Part shown: positions 40,584-50,736 of the stretch, piece by piece
Position numbering within the stretch: position 1 is the stretch's first letter
Layout: every line of letters starts with the position of its first letter
From: Alphaproteobacteria bacterium
GTDB taxonomy: Bacteria; Pseudomonadota; Alphaproteobacteria; JAOXRX01
Direction of reading: 5' to 3'
NCBI GenBank assembly: GCA_025800285.1
Contig: JAOXRX010000037.1
Location: forward strand, 52,651 to 116,650
DNA length: 64,000 nt
The notes under the pieces: model-generated
What the model was told of the DNA's origin: nothing
What the model saw: the letters and a program-made list of their open reading frames with translations, nothing else
Database searches by the model: none
Made by a program: the position numbers and the translations under genes

Positions 40584-41876
40584 TTACTTTATCCTTTTTA
40601 ATCTTGCAATAAAGAACCCATCGCTTGATATATGCTCATTTATATCTGAAGGTATTATTCTAATCATACCTTCTTTATTTATAATTGAGGATAATCCCTC
40701 AACCTCTTCAGGTTTTACCGGAAGTAGTTCAAAATTCTTATTACTATCTAAGAAGTTTTTAATCTGCTCTTCACCTTCTTCTTTTTGCAGAGAACATGTA
40801 GAATAAATCATAGTTCCTCCTACTTGAAGAAGATTAGAAATATTCTTTAGAATATCTTTTTGTAAAATTACCAAATCTTTTATCTGCTGAGGCTTTTTAA
40901 AATATAAAGCATCGGGATTTTTTCTAATTGTCCCCGTAGCAGAGCACGGAGCATCAATCAAAATAGCATCAAAATTACCCTCGTCATATTTAGTTGCATC
41001 TGCCTCTTCAATTTTAACATCAAAGCTTAATCTTTCCATATTCTCTGAAAGAATTTTTAATCTTTTATTATTCTTGTCTATTGCTATTACATCTGCTCTA
41101 GCATTTGCAAGCTGAGCAGTTTTTCCTCCTGGAGCAGCACAACAATCTAATACTCTTTTAGATCTTATATCACCTAGCAACCTTGCAGGCAAAGAGCTCT
41201 CAAACCCTTGAACCCACCACTCTCCTGCTGAGAATCCACTTGCATTTGGGACATTCATGCTATCTCTACATTTCAACAAAGACCCAAATTCACTTGAAGC
41301 CTTAGAATATACAACTTCTGCTTCTAATTCCTTTTCCCATTTATCTGGATTTGATTTAACATTAATGTACAAAGGATATCTCTTCAGAGAATATTCCATA
41401 ATACTTTTTGTTTTTTCTATACCATATTGTTTTGTCCATGACTCAACTAACCATTTAGGGAAATTTTGGGAAACATCAATATTATTTAGATTATCTATTT
41501 TACATATTTTTCTAACTACAGCATTAACCAAACCTTTTAATTTTGTTTTCTTCATAAATTGAGTTGCATTTACTGCATTATTAACCACGGCATAATCTGG
41601 AGACTCTGCAAAAAAGTGTTCAGCTGCCGCTACTCTTAGAACATACATGATGTCAATTGGCACTCTTTTAGGATTTGCTAAAAACTTATTAATGACAACA
41701 TCTAATTGCCCCATATGTCTTAAGCACTCATTAACCAATAGCATTGCAAAATTTTTATCATTTTGCTTTAGTTTTGCATATTTTGAGTTACTATTAATTG
41801 CATGGATTAAACTCTTTTTGTCATTTATACAATTCTTTAATATTTGAGCTGCTACAACTCTACTTACTTCTGTCAT
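40584..41876 (-). CDS. rsmB: 16S rRNA (cytosine967-C5)-methyltransferase RsmB (Sun/NOL1/NOP2).
   Basis: N-terminal NusB-like domain plus the MTase core (DCCAAPGGKT, DAPCSATG, active Cys in STCS). Confidence 0.88.
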   Translation of the reverse strand: MTEVSRVVAAQILKNCINDKKSLIHAINSNSKYAKLKQNDKNFAMLLVNECLRHMGQLDVVINKFLANPKRVPIDIMYVLRVAAAEHFFAESPDYAVVNNAVNATQFMKKTKLKGLVNAVVRKICKIDNLNNIDVSQNFPKWLVESWTKQYGIEKTKSIMEYSLKRYPLYINVKSNPDKWEKELEAEVVYSKASSEFGSLLKCRDSMNVPNASGFSAGEWWVQGFESSLPARLLGDIRSKRVLDCCAAPGGKTAQLANARADVIAIDKNNKRLKILSENMERLSFDVKIEEADATKYDEGNFDAILIDAPCSATGTIRKNPDALYFKKPQQIKDLVILQKDILKNISNLLQVGGTMIYSTCSLQKEEGEEQIKNFLDSNKNFELLPVKPEEVEGLSSIINKEGMIRIIPSDINEHISSDGFFIARLKRIK

Positions 41877-41877
41877 A

Positions 41878-42501
41878 TTATTTTTTCTTTTCTTTAATTA
41901 GCTCGTAAGCTTTGTTTATTTCTGCCATTTTCTTTTCTAAAAGACTTATCATTTCTACAGGCATTCCGCAAGCAATTAAATGATCTGGATGATATTTTTT
42001 CACAAGATAATGATATCTTAATTTAAGCTCTTCTTTAGAAACTCCCTCATTAACTCCTAAAATGAAGTACGGATTTGATAAATCATAAACATTATTTATA
42101 TTACAAATCCTTAAAAAAGAACTATTATCTATTTGAAATATTTTTGCAACACTTCTTATCTCTTCTAAAGCCTCATCACTAAGCTTACCATTTGCTTTAG
42201 CTATTTGTATAAAAGCTGACAATAACTCTTCCAAGACTTCTGGGTATTTCTTAAATTTTTTATAAAGAACCTTTGCATGCAAATCAAACCCTTTAATTTC
42301 TTTAGAGGATAAATCAAATATTCTTTCAACATTGCCTATTTCCTCTTTCTTTGATTTAAAGATATCAAAAAAAACTTTCTTTTTTAAGAACAAATCATCA
42401 TCTCCAGCACGAGCAACTTTAGCAGACAAAGACACGATAGCAGAAGTTGTGTTTATCTGCTGATTTATTTCTTTTATCTTGCCTATGATTTTCTTAATCA
42501 T
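41878..42501 (-). CDS. DjlA-like co-chaperone: a TerB-like domain with a C-terminal J-domain.
   Basis: C-terminal J-domain with HPD (NPYFILGVNEGVSKEELKLRYHYLVKKYHPD). No N-terminal TM seen. Confidence 0.65.
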   Translation of the reverse strand: MIKKIIGKIKEINQQINTTSAIVSLSAKVARAGDDDLFLKKKVFFDIFKSKKEEIGNVERIFDLSSKEIKGFDLHAKVLYKKFKKYPEVLEELLSAFIQIAKANGKLSDEALEEIRSVAKIFQIDNSSFLRICNINNVYDLSNPYFILGVNEGVSKEELKLRYHYLVKKYHPDHLIACGMPVEMISLLEKKMAEINKAYELIKEKKK

Positions 42502-43180
42502 TTTTATTCTCGTTTATAAGATCAAATATTTTCTCTTTTATAGAATTATCACTAACAAACTTTACAGCTTCATCTAAAAATCCATCAATCAGCATTTCTC
42601 TTGCCAAGGATTCTGGAATCCCTCTACTTTGCAAATAGAACACTGCTGTTTTATCCAAGTTTCCAACCGTATTACCATGAGCACACTGAACATCATCATT
42701 ATAAATTTCTAACTCTGGTTTAGCCATAATTTTTGCATCATCTGATAGTACCATAGCTCTGTGCAACTGTTTAGCTTCTGTTTTAACAGCTCCTTCAGCA
42801 ACCAAACTCTTCATTAGAAGATTTGCTCTTGATTTGTCTTTTGCAATACCTCTAATATTTATTGAGGAAGAACATTTTGGCTTATCATGGAAAACATTTA
42901 TGTTAATATTAGCTTCTTGTTTATCTTTTAAAGAGTAAACACCCGCTATATTCGCTTCACAATTTTCTGACTCCATATTGACACTAATATCTATACTATT
43001 AGCTTTATTTATGAAAAAAGTTTCAAAATAAGATTTTTCTTCTTGTTTTACTTTTAGGCAAACATCATCTTCACTATCTAATAAATACAGATATAGTCTT
43101 GCATTTCTTTTTACGACAATGACATCTTCACTGTGAGCATCTATAATTCTATGTTCTGTATTTTCTGTTACATTAAGCAT
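42494..43180 (-). CDS. sufD: Fe-S cluster assembly protein SufD, unusually short (228 aa, corresponding to the C-terminal half of canonical SufD).
   Basis: …VQCAHGNTVGNLDKTAVFYLQSRGIPESLAREMLIDGF matches the SufD C-terminal region. Overlaps the sufC stop. Confidence 0.7.
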   Translation of the reverse strand: MLNVTENTEHRIIDAHSEDVIVVKRNARLYLYLLDSEDDVCLKVKQEEKSYFETFFINKANSIDISVNMESENCEANIAGVYSLKDKQEANININVFHDKPKCSSSINIRGIAKDKSRANLLMKSLVAEGAVKTEAKQLHRAMVLSDDAKIMAKPELEIYNDDVQCAHGNTVGNLDKTAVFYLQSRGIPESLAREMLIDGFLDEAVKFVSDNSIKEKIFDLINENKND

Positions 43181-43911
43181 TATGATTTATACCCTGTCTC
43201 TTCCAGCTCAAGAGCAAGATTCTTATCACCTGTTTTAGTTATTTTTCCATCTGCTAAAACATGAATAAAATCTGGCTGTATATAATCTAACAATCGTTGA
43301 TAGTGAGTAATAATTAAGAACGACCTACCTTCACTTCTAAGTCTATTAACACCGTCTGCGACTTCTCGTAGAGCATCAATATCCAAGCCCGAATCCGTCT
43401 CATCCATAATTATCATATCTGGCTGTAGCATAGTCATTTGCAAGACTTCATTTCTTTTCTTTTCTCCACCTGAGAATCCAGAATTAACTCCTCTTTTACC
43501 CATATCAGAATGAATATGTAAATCTTTAATACTTGCTGATAGAGCTTTCATAAACTCTAAAGTATTCATTTCTTTTTCTCCAAGAAACTTTCTCTTTGAG
43601 TTTATTGCCATTCTTAAAAATGTATTATTTGTAACACCTTCTATCTCAACTGGATACTGAAAAGCTAAGAATAAACCATTATTTGCTCTTTCATCAATAC
43701 TCATGTTTAATAGGTTATGACCTTTAAAATCTACATGACCATCAGTTACCTCATAACCCTCTTTACCTGCAAGAGTATAAGAAAGTGTAGACTTACCTGC
43801 TCCATTAGGACCCATTATAGCATGAACCTCCCCAGGATTAATATCTAAGCTCAATCCCTTGATAATTTCTTTATCTTGTACTTTTACTTTTAAGTTTTCT
43901 ATTTTTAGCAT
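43180..43911 (-). CDS. sufC: Fe-S cluster assembly ATPase SufC.
   Basis: Walker A GPNGAGKST, ABC signature FSGGEKKR, Walker B IIMDETDSGLD. Confidence 0.95.
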   Translation of the reverse strand: MLKIENLKVKVQDKEIIKGLSLDINPGEVHAIMGPNGAGKSTLSYTLAGKEGYEVTDGHVDFKGHNLLNMSIDERANNGLFLAFQYPVEIEGVTNNTFLRMAINSKRKFLGEKEMNTLEFMKALSASIKDLHIHSDMGKRGVNSGFSGGEKKRNEVLQMTMLQPDMIIMDETDSGLDIDALREVADGVNRLRSEGRSFLIITHYQRLLDYIQPDFIHVLADGKITKTGDKNLALELEETGYKS

Positions 43912-43924
43912 TTTTATTTCCTAT

Positions 43925-45328
43925 CTAACCTACTGATCCTTCTAGGGATAAACTAATCAATTCTTGTGCTTCAGAGGCAAACTCTAATGGCATCTTAGTC
44001 ATAACATCTGCACAAAATCCATTTACTATAAGAGATACTGCATCCTCTTCTTTTACACCTCTTTGCTGACAGTAAAACAACTGTTGTTCTGAAATCTTAG
44101 ATGTAGTAGCTTCATGCTCTAATATTGAGCTTTTGTTATCATTCTCTACCACTGGGAATGTATGAGCACCACATTTATCTCCTATAAGAAGGCTATCACA
44201 TTGAGTATAATTTCTGGCATTTTCTGCATTTTTTAGCACTTTTACCATTCCTCTATATGAAGATTCCGATTTACCACAGCTAATAGTTTTTGCAATAATC
44301 TTAGAGGTTGTATTCTTCCCAATATGTATCATCTTTGTTCCTGTATCAGCTTGCTGATAATTATTAGTTATAGCTATTGAATAGAACTCTCCTATTGAAT
44401 TATCTCCTTTAAGAATACAACTAGGGTACTTCCATGTTATAGCAGATCCTGTTTCAATTTGAGCCCAACTAATTTTTGCATTATTGTAAGCAGTTCCCCT
44501 TTTGGTAACAAAGTTATATATACCACCATTGCCCTGCTCATCTCCTGCAAACCAATTTTGTACTGTGGAGTATTTAATATCAGCACCATCAAGAGCAACT
44601 AATTCAACAACAGCTGAATGCAATTGATTTTCATCTCTTTGAGGAGCTGTACAACCTTCCAAGTAAGATACAGAAGCACCCTCATCTGCCACGATTAGAG
44701 TTCTCTCAAACTGCCCTGTTTTTTCACTATTAATTCTAAAATATGTGGATAGATCCATTGGGCATTTAACACCTTTAGGAATGTAAACAAAACTACCATC
44801 AGAAAATACCGCAGAATTCAAACAAGCGAAATAGTTATCAGTTGCAGGAACAACTGTAGCTAAATATTTCTTAACTAGCTCTGGATGATTCTTTACAGCA
44901 GATGAGAACGAACAGAAAATTATGCCTAAATCTTCCAACTCTTTTCTATGAGTAGTAATTACAGAGACACTATCAAAAACAGCATCAACTGCAATTTTAT
45001 TTTCCTGAGTCTCATTTATAGGAACACCTAATTTTTCATAAGTTTCTTTAAGCTCTTTATCTTCTTTATTCTCTGGTTCTGAATAATAGAAAATATCTTG
45101 ATAATCTATTTCTGGATAATCTAGCTTAGCCCACTTAGGCTCTTTCATTTGCAACCATTTGCTATAAGCATTAAGTCTAAACTCTAACAACCACTCTGGT
45201 TCTTCTTTTTTAGAAGAAATAAGTTTAATAATTTCTTCATTAAGCCCCTTTGGTATCTTATTGCTTTTTATCTCACTTACAAAACCATATTTATAATGGC
45301 TATTTGCAACTTTTTTTATTTCTTCCAT
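43925..45328 (-). CDS. sufB: Fe-S cluster assembly scaffold SufB.
   Basis: 467 aa, collinear with SufB. Upstream of sufC. Confidence 0.93.
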   Translation of the reverse strand: MEEIKKVANSHYKYGFVSEIKSNKIPKGLNEEIIKLISSKKEEPEWLLEFRLNAYSKWLQMKEPKWAKLDYPEIDYQDIFYYSEPENKEDKELKETYEKLGVPINETQENKIAVDAVFDSVSVITTHRKELEDLGIIFCSFSSAVKNHPELVKKYLATVVPATDNYFACLNSAVFSDGSFVYIPKGVKCPMDLSTYFRINSEKTGQFERTLIVADEGASVSYLEGCTAPQRDENQLHSAVVELVALDGADIKYSTVQNWFAGDEQGNGGIYNFVTKRGTAYNNAKISWAQIETGSAITWKYPSCILKGDNSIGEFYSIAITNNYQQADTGTKMIHIGKNTTSKIIAKTISCGKSESSYRGMVKVLKNAENARNYTQCDSLLIGDKCGAHTFPVVENDNKSSILEHEATTSKISEQQLFYCQQRGVKEEDAVSLIVNGFCADVMTKMPLEFASEAQELISLSLEGSVG

Positions 45329-45416
45329 AGAGCTTTTTTATAACAGAAAAAGAAAATAAAATCAATTATTGTTTTAAATAAAAAATAAAATTTTATAAAA
45401 TCAAGCGGATAAAAAA

Positions 45417-45459
45417 ATAGAGAAAAAGATCGAAATCTTTTTCTCTATTTACACTGTTC
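45417..45459 (-). terminator. Strong rho-independent terminator for the histidine-kinase gene: a perfect 16-bp stem followed by a T-run on the minus strand.
   Basis: AAATAGAGAAAAAGATcgaaATCTTTTTCTCTATTT at 45417-45452, preceded on the plus strand by A7. Confidence 0.7.
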
Positions 45460-45471
45460 TTTATGCTAAAA

Positions 45472-48400
45472 TTAATCAGTCCAATTTTCAAGCCAAGCAT
45501 TAAGAGCTGCTTTTGCTTCTTCTAATACTTCGTCTGCTTCTACAGCCATATCTTTTAAATCTTGCATTTCTTCTTTTTGAGAGTCTTTTTCAAGAGCTTC
45601 CATAAAGTTACCAACAATTTTAAGACCAATATTTCTAGACATTCCTTTTAGCAAATGAGCTTTTGATTTTATTTGATCTCTATCATTCTCAGATATTGCT
45701 TCTAGCAAGTCTTTTTGTGCCTCTTGTGAAGATGCTCCAAATTGAGCAACAAGACCTTGGAAAACATCTAAAGAGAAACTTTTCTTAAGATTTCCTAACA
45801 CTTCCATATCTAAATGCTTCATTAATTCTTCTTCTTGTAAATCTATTTTTTCCACAGATCCTCTGTTCCTTTCTAACGCACCCTTTAAATAGTTAGGGTT
45901 AATTGGTTTACCTATAAAGTCATTCATCCCTACTTCTCTACATAACTCTACATCTTTTTGTTTTATATTACCTGTTATAGCTATCACAGGTGTATTTGCC
46001 TTCATTTCATCTGTTAAAGATCTAATTTTTTTAGTAGCTTCTAATCCACTAATACCGGGCAAATCAATATCCATCAATATCGCTAAGAAGTTATTCTTAT
46101 CTATTAGGCTCAAACCTTCTTCCGCAGACCCAACAACTACTGGATTATATTTAAAGGACACCAAATATTCAGATACTATCTTTTGAGAAACAGGATCATC
46201 CTCGACAACAAGAACATAAGGAAGTCCTTTAACTTCTTCATTTTTCTCAATTTGCACAGATACCTCTAAAGATACTGGGTTTTTATGTTTTGGAACAGGT
46301 ATTTTATTCTTTTCTAAGTTTTTGTTAACACTCTCAAAAGAGAATCCTGAACCAACAGCATCTACATTTGCCATTCTAAGCATAGCACCTCTTAGATAAT
46401 CTGGGTCGACAGGCTTACCAATGAAATCATTCATCCCAGCTTTTCTGCAATCTTGTATATCCTCTTCAGAAACATTACCTGTAACAGCAATAATAGGAAC
46501 CTCAGCCTTTTTCTTATCCTCTAAAGACCTTATTCTTTTTGTTGTTTCCAACCCACTCATACCAGGCATATTTATATCCATAAGTATAAGGTCAAACTCT
46601 TCTGCTTTAATCCAATCTATAGCCTCTTTACCACTTCCTGCAACTTTAGTAGTATGGGCATCATTCTTTAAATAGCCTTCAATAATTTTTTGAGAAATAG
46701 CATCATCTTCTACTATAAGAACTCTATCTATTTTATTAGAGCCATCTTCAGATACTTGATTCAAATCTTTTTTCTTCTTCTCTGTATCATCTTCTTTTAG
46801 TTCTTCTTTTACTTCTTTAAGTTTTTCTTCTTTTTTGGCTTTTGTCTTTTTATTATTCTTTTGAGGACCACCTTCTTCTGAAGACTTACCTTCATCTTTT
46901 TCATCTATTAACTTAAATATTTCAAAAAGAGCTTGTTGAATATCTTCTGGAGAAACAGGCTTGCCTAAACAGAAGTTCACACCTTGCTCCATATATCTTT
47001 TCCTGTCTGCTTCCGCCACATTACCAGTAAGAGCAACAACAGGCATATTTTCCACACCTTCTTTTTGTCTTATATACTTACAAACTTCTATACCATTCAT
47101 ATCTGGCAAGCCCATATCTAAGAATACAAAATCAACATCGCCAGCATCTACCATACGTATAGCACTTGCTCCATCAGAAGCATATTTAGGCAATTGACCA
47201 TTTGAAGATAAGTATGACCCTACAACTTTTTGAGAAATAGCATCATCCTCAACAACAAGTACTTCATAAGACCTATCTTTTTGGTTCTCCATATAGTCCA
47301 TTTGCTCTGTTTTTTCTTCAATTGCATCAGCTATATCGAATTCAACTTCCCACCAGAATGTTGAACCATCGCCTTCTTTAGAAATAACTCCTATTTCTCC
47401 TCCCATAGCAACAACAAGCTTCTTACATATACTTAGACCTAGTCCAGTTCCACCAAAGTTTCTTGTAGTTGATTTATCAGCCTGCACAAACTCTTGGAAC
47501 AACTTATCTTTCGCATCTTCTGGAATACCAATACCTGTATCACGGACCTCTGCTCTAATCTTACATCTCTCTCCTGATCTTTTTATACTTCTTAGAGAAA
47601 CATAAACCCCACCCTCTTTTGTAAACTTAATAGAGTTACCTATCAGGTTAAGCATAACCTGTCTAAGCCTTGTTGGGTCACCATTTATAAATTGAGGAAT
47701 AGTATTATCAAAATCAGCTTTTAGCTCTATTCCTTGTTGTTCTGCTCTAGCCTTCATAGTTAGAACAATATTATCTATAAACTTATGTAAATCAAAAGGA
47801 ATGTCTTCCAGCTCCATATGTCCAGAAGAAAGCTTTGAGAAATCCAACACATCATTAAGTAGTGATAACAGTGCCTCACCAGAATAAGTCAAGTTATCTA
47901 GGAATTCTTGTTGTTTTTTATCTAACTCAGTATTAGCTAACATCCTAACCATACCCATAATACCATTCAAAGGAGTTCTAACCTCATGACTTAAGAAAGC
48001 AATATAACCAGACTTAGATTCACTCTCAGCACTTGCTTTATCAGCAATCTGTTGAATCGCTTTACCTCTTTCAGCCATTTTAAGCAATAGATTTGCTTCA
48101 ACTTCTTTTTCTTGCTCTATAATTTTCATTTTATGAGCCTGTTCTGAAACTTCTTTAAAATGTCTCTCTTCTGCTTTTTTTCTTAATATCTCTTCTTTTT
48201 TAGCTCTAATTCTTAAAGATCTTGCTTTCAAAAACCTCACATTCTCTAGAATTGCTGACAAAAATACTGAGAAAAACAAGCAATAAACTATCGGAGCCAT
48301 ATATAGCACAAAGTTATAAACAAAAGACTTCTCTATAGATTTCATTTGAAAAACATCAAATAAGAAAAGAGGTATTAATGCTGCACCCGCTAACAAACAA

Positions 48401-48900
48401 GAAAAACAGTATTTAGAAACTGTTTTTGGTTGTACAGACGAATAATAGCTACCTGTAACAAAGCATGTAAACAATGCAATAATCATACTTGCAAAACTAA
48501 TTGTCTCTTTTATTTTAAATCTAATGGTCGGAATAAAATTCATTGCAATTAAGAACACCAAACAAACTATTAGTGCATTTATATTCTTATTTATTTTTTC
48601 ATTTGTTAATTTTGTACTAAATATGCTTTTACAAAAAGATATGAAAAATATAGCCCAAACCAACATTAGAAAATTTGATATTACAGCAATATCTGTTATT
48701 GATAAGTTTAAGTTAAAAACCTCTACTTCTATCCCCGCTATTTGTTTAACATATATAGCTAAAAGCCCTGAAATAAAAAGTAAAAAAGACCATAAAAACT
48801 TATTGCTCTTTAGTATTTTAAAAAATTTAAAGTTAGTGTATGTTAAGGCTACAACCAAACCTGAGTCTAAATGACTTATTGATTCCATCCAAGAGTACAT
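45472..48900 (-). CDS. Hybrid sensor histidine kinase: N-terminal polytopic membrane sensor domain, HisKA and HATPase_c, three tandem receiver domains and a C-terminal HPt domain (1142 aa).
   Basis: H-box FLSHEVRTPLNGI. G2 box GGTGLGLSICKKL. Receiver modules VLVVEDDAISQKVV…FLDMGLPDMNG, VLIVEDDAISQKII…ILMDINMPGMSG and VLVVEDDPVSQKIV…ILMDIDLPGISG. HPt KAHLLKGMSRNIG. Confidence 0.9.
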   Translation of the reverse strand: MYSWMESISHLDSGLVVALTYTNFKFFKILKSNKFLWSFLLFISGLLAIYVKQIAGIEVEVFNLNLSITDIAVISNFLMLVWAIFFISFCKSIFSTKLTNEKINKNINALIVCLVFLIAMNFIPTIRFKIKETISFASMIIALFTCFVTGSYYSSVQPKTVSKYCFSCLLAGAALIPLFLFDVFQMKSIEKSFVYNFVLYMAPIVYCLFFSVFLSAILENVRFLKARSLRIRAKKEEILRKKAEERHFKEVSEQAHKMKIIEQEKEVEANLLLKMAERGKAIQQIADKASAESESKSGYIAFLSHEVRTPLNGIMGMVRMLANTELDKKQQEFLDNLTYSGEALLSLLNDVLDFSKLSSGHMELEDIPFDLHKFIDNIVLTMKARAEQQGIELKADFDNTIPQFINGDPTRLRQVMLNLIGNSIKFTKEGGVYVSLRSIKRSGERCKIRAEVRDTGIGIPEDAKDKLFQEFVQADKSTTRNFGGTGLGLSICKKLVVAMGGEIGVISKEGDGSTFWWEVEFDIADAIEEKTEQMDYMENQKDRSYEVLVVEDDAISQKVVGSYLSSNGQLPKYASDGASAIRMVDAGDVDFVFLDMGLPDMNGIEVCKYIRQKEGVENMPVVALTGNVAEADRKRYMEQGVNFCLGKPVSPEDIQQALFEIFKLIDEKDEGKSSEEGGPQKNNKKTKAKKEEKLKEVKEELKEDDTEKKKKDLNQVSEDGSNKIDRVLIVEDDAISQKIIEGYLKNDAHTTKVAGSGKEAIDWIKAEEFDLILMDINMPGMSGLETTKRIRSLEDKKKAEVPIIAVTGNVSEEDIQDCRKAGMNDFIGKPVDPDYLRGAMLRMANVDAVGSGFSFESVNKNLEKNKIPVPKHKNPVSLEVSVQIEKNEEVKGLPYVLVVEDDPVSQKIVSEYLVSFKYNPVVVGSAEEGLSLIDKNNFLAILMDIDLPGISGLEATKKIRSLTDEMKANTPVIAITGNIKQKDVELCREVGMNDFIGKPINPNYLKGALERNRGSVEKIDLQEEELMKHLDMEVLGNLKKSFSLDVFQGLVAQFGASSQEAQKDLLEAISENDRDQIKSKAHLLKGMSRNIGLKIVGNFMEALEKDSQKEEMQDLKDMAVEADEVLEEAKAALNAWLENWTD

Positions 48901-48973
48901 AAATGAGATTCTCCTAATAAATATATATATTTTTTATTATTAAATCATTTAAAGCATATTTTCAAGTAAAAAA

Positions 48974-50260
48974 TCAATTAAACACTATGTTAAGCTTATT
49001 AATAGCATCTTTTATAGGAATAAAGAAATTAATCCCTATTGAATATTCGCCTATACCAGAAACACAAATTGCTAATAGATTTCCCTTATCATCTAGCAAA
49101 GGACCTCCGCTATTTCCAGCTTGCACATCAATATCTGTTTGAATTAATTCATAATTAGATCCTTCTTCTTGCCTCCAAGAACTTACCATTCCCTTAGAAA
49201 GAGTGTTTTTTAAAGATGTTAACAAAGGGGTTCCAACCGCATAGACCGTTTCTCCTAGCTCAGCTTGCTGATCTCTTATAGGTAAAAAAGGTAATTTTAA
49301 TCCCTCAGGTACATCTACTTTTAATAAAGCAATGTCTCTAGATTTATGAACCCGTATAATATCTGCATCCATTACTAAACCGTTTTGATTTTCCACAACA
49401 ACAGAATCAACATCCCCAACAACATGATAATTTGTTAACAAATAACCATCTTTAGAGATAAAAAACCCGCTTCCATGACCCGTTGCCGTTCTTATAAAAA
49501 CCGTAGAGTCCATTACTCGATTCATATTTTTCTGTATTTTATCTTTAAAGTTATTTGCTTTTTTTATCTCTAAACCTTTAAAAGGCCACTTTTCTCTTAA
49601 ACTTCTTTTATTTCTTGGTTTTGAAAATATTAATTTTTGAAACTCTTCATTATTTGCTAACTTATTAGCCGCTGAGGCAAAGGCTTCGTTTAACAAAACC
49701 TCTCTTCCAAATAAGTTTCTATTTTTTAATTTATAATACCCTCTAGTTTTTATACTCATAACTATTTCTTTTTTCGCCACTGAATAAACTTGCCAAAAAA
49801 CAGTCATTTCTCCCTCTCCAGAAACACCTTTGAGCCAATAAAAACTTCTATGGTTGCATTCATTCAATTTAATGCCTCTAATTTGAGCTCCAATTCTATA
49901 CCTAGCTCTTTTTTTATCAGAGGTTACTCCATACATTAAGCCAGGATCTCCGACTACATCATATCCTCTTAGGCTCATTTCTTCAAAAAACAAATCTTGA
50001 TAACTCATTTCTTTAGCAATTTTTCTAATCCCCTTCCAAACCAAACTGTCTAAAGAAGAAGAACACTTTAAACTAAGCATTCTTTTACCTATAATTGCTC
50101 CTCGGGGTAAAGAGTAAGAAACTTTATCTAAAATTATTGGCTCTGGCAGATTGTTTTCATATCTATTATGATACTCTATTAATTCAGGCTTTATTATTTG
50201 CATTTTATTACAAGAGCTAATAGCAAAAAGCATAAAAAAACATGTAATTATTTTTTTCAT
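48974..50260 (-). CDS. Lipoprotein trypsin-like serine protease (S1 family, no PDZ) with a roughly 230-aa N-terminal domain of unknown function.
   Basis: Lipobox FAISSC. Catalytic triad contexts TNYHVV, DIALLKV and GNSGGPLL. Confidence 0.75.
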   Translation of the reverse strand: MKKIITCFFMLFAISSCNKMQIIKPELIEYHNRYENNLPEPIILDKVSYSLPRGAIIGKRMLSLKCSSSLDSLVWKGIRKIAKEMSYQDLFFEEMSLRGYDVVGDPGLMYGVTSDKKRARYRIGAQIRGIKLNECNHRSFYWLKGVSGEGEMTVFWQVYSVAKKEIVMSIKTRGYYKLKNRNLFGREVLLNEAFASAANKLANNEEFQKLIFSKPRNKRSLREKWPFKGLEIKKANNFKDKIQKNMNRVMDSTVFIRTATGHGSGFFISKDGYLLTNYHVVGDVDSVVVENQNGLVMDADIIRVHKSRDIALLKVDVPEGLKLPFLPIRDQQAELGETVYAVGTPLLTSLKNTLSKGMVSSWRQEEGSNYELIQTDIDVQAGNSGGPLLDDKGNLLAICVSGIGEYSIGINFFIPIKDAINKLNIVFN

Positions 50261-50348
50261 TTTTTAATCTTTCTTTTTTAAAAAAATTATCCTATAATCA
50301 TGACGAAATACATTAAAGAAAATTTAACAAATTTACAAGAGGAATTTT

Positions 50349-50696
50349 ATGGAATACGATAAAAATAATATATTTGCAAAGATATTAAGAGGGGAAATAC
50401 CTAACGATACAGTTTATGAAGATGAATATTGTTTAGCATTTAATGACTTGTATCCAAAGTCTGAAGTTCATATCGTAGCAATACCAAAAGGAGAATATAT
50501 CAATTTTGCCCACTTCAATTCTAATGCTAGTGATATAGAAATATCTAATTTCTTTAAGGCTATATCAAATATAATAAGAGAAAAAAACATTGAATTAGGC
50601 TGTCAAATACTTTCAAATTGCGGTGAAAAAGGTGGACAAGAAATTCCTCATTTCCACATGCATATATTAAGTGGGAATAAAATAAAACTTGACTAA
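50349..50696 (+). CDS. HIT-family protein (HinT-like nucleotide phosphoramidase).
   Basis: Histidine triad EIPHFHMHILSG. 115 aa. Confidence 0.9.
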   Translation: MEYDKNNIFAKILRGEIPNDTVYEDEYCLAFNDLYPKSEVHIVAIPKGEYINFAHFNSNASDIEISNFFKAISNIIREKNIELGCQILSNCGEKGGQEIPHFHMHILSGNKIKLD

Positions 50697-50736
50697 AACA
50701 TGCTTACATACTAATTTGTTCTTTAAAGGTTGAATT

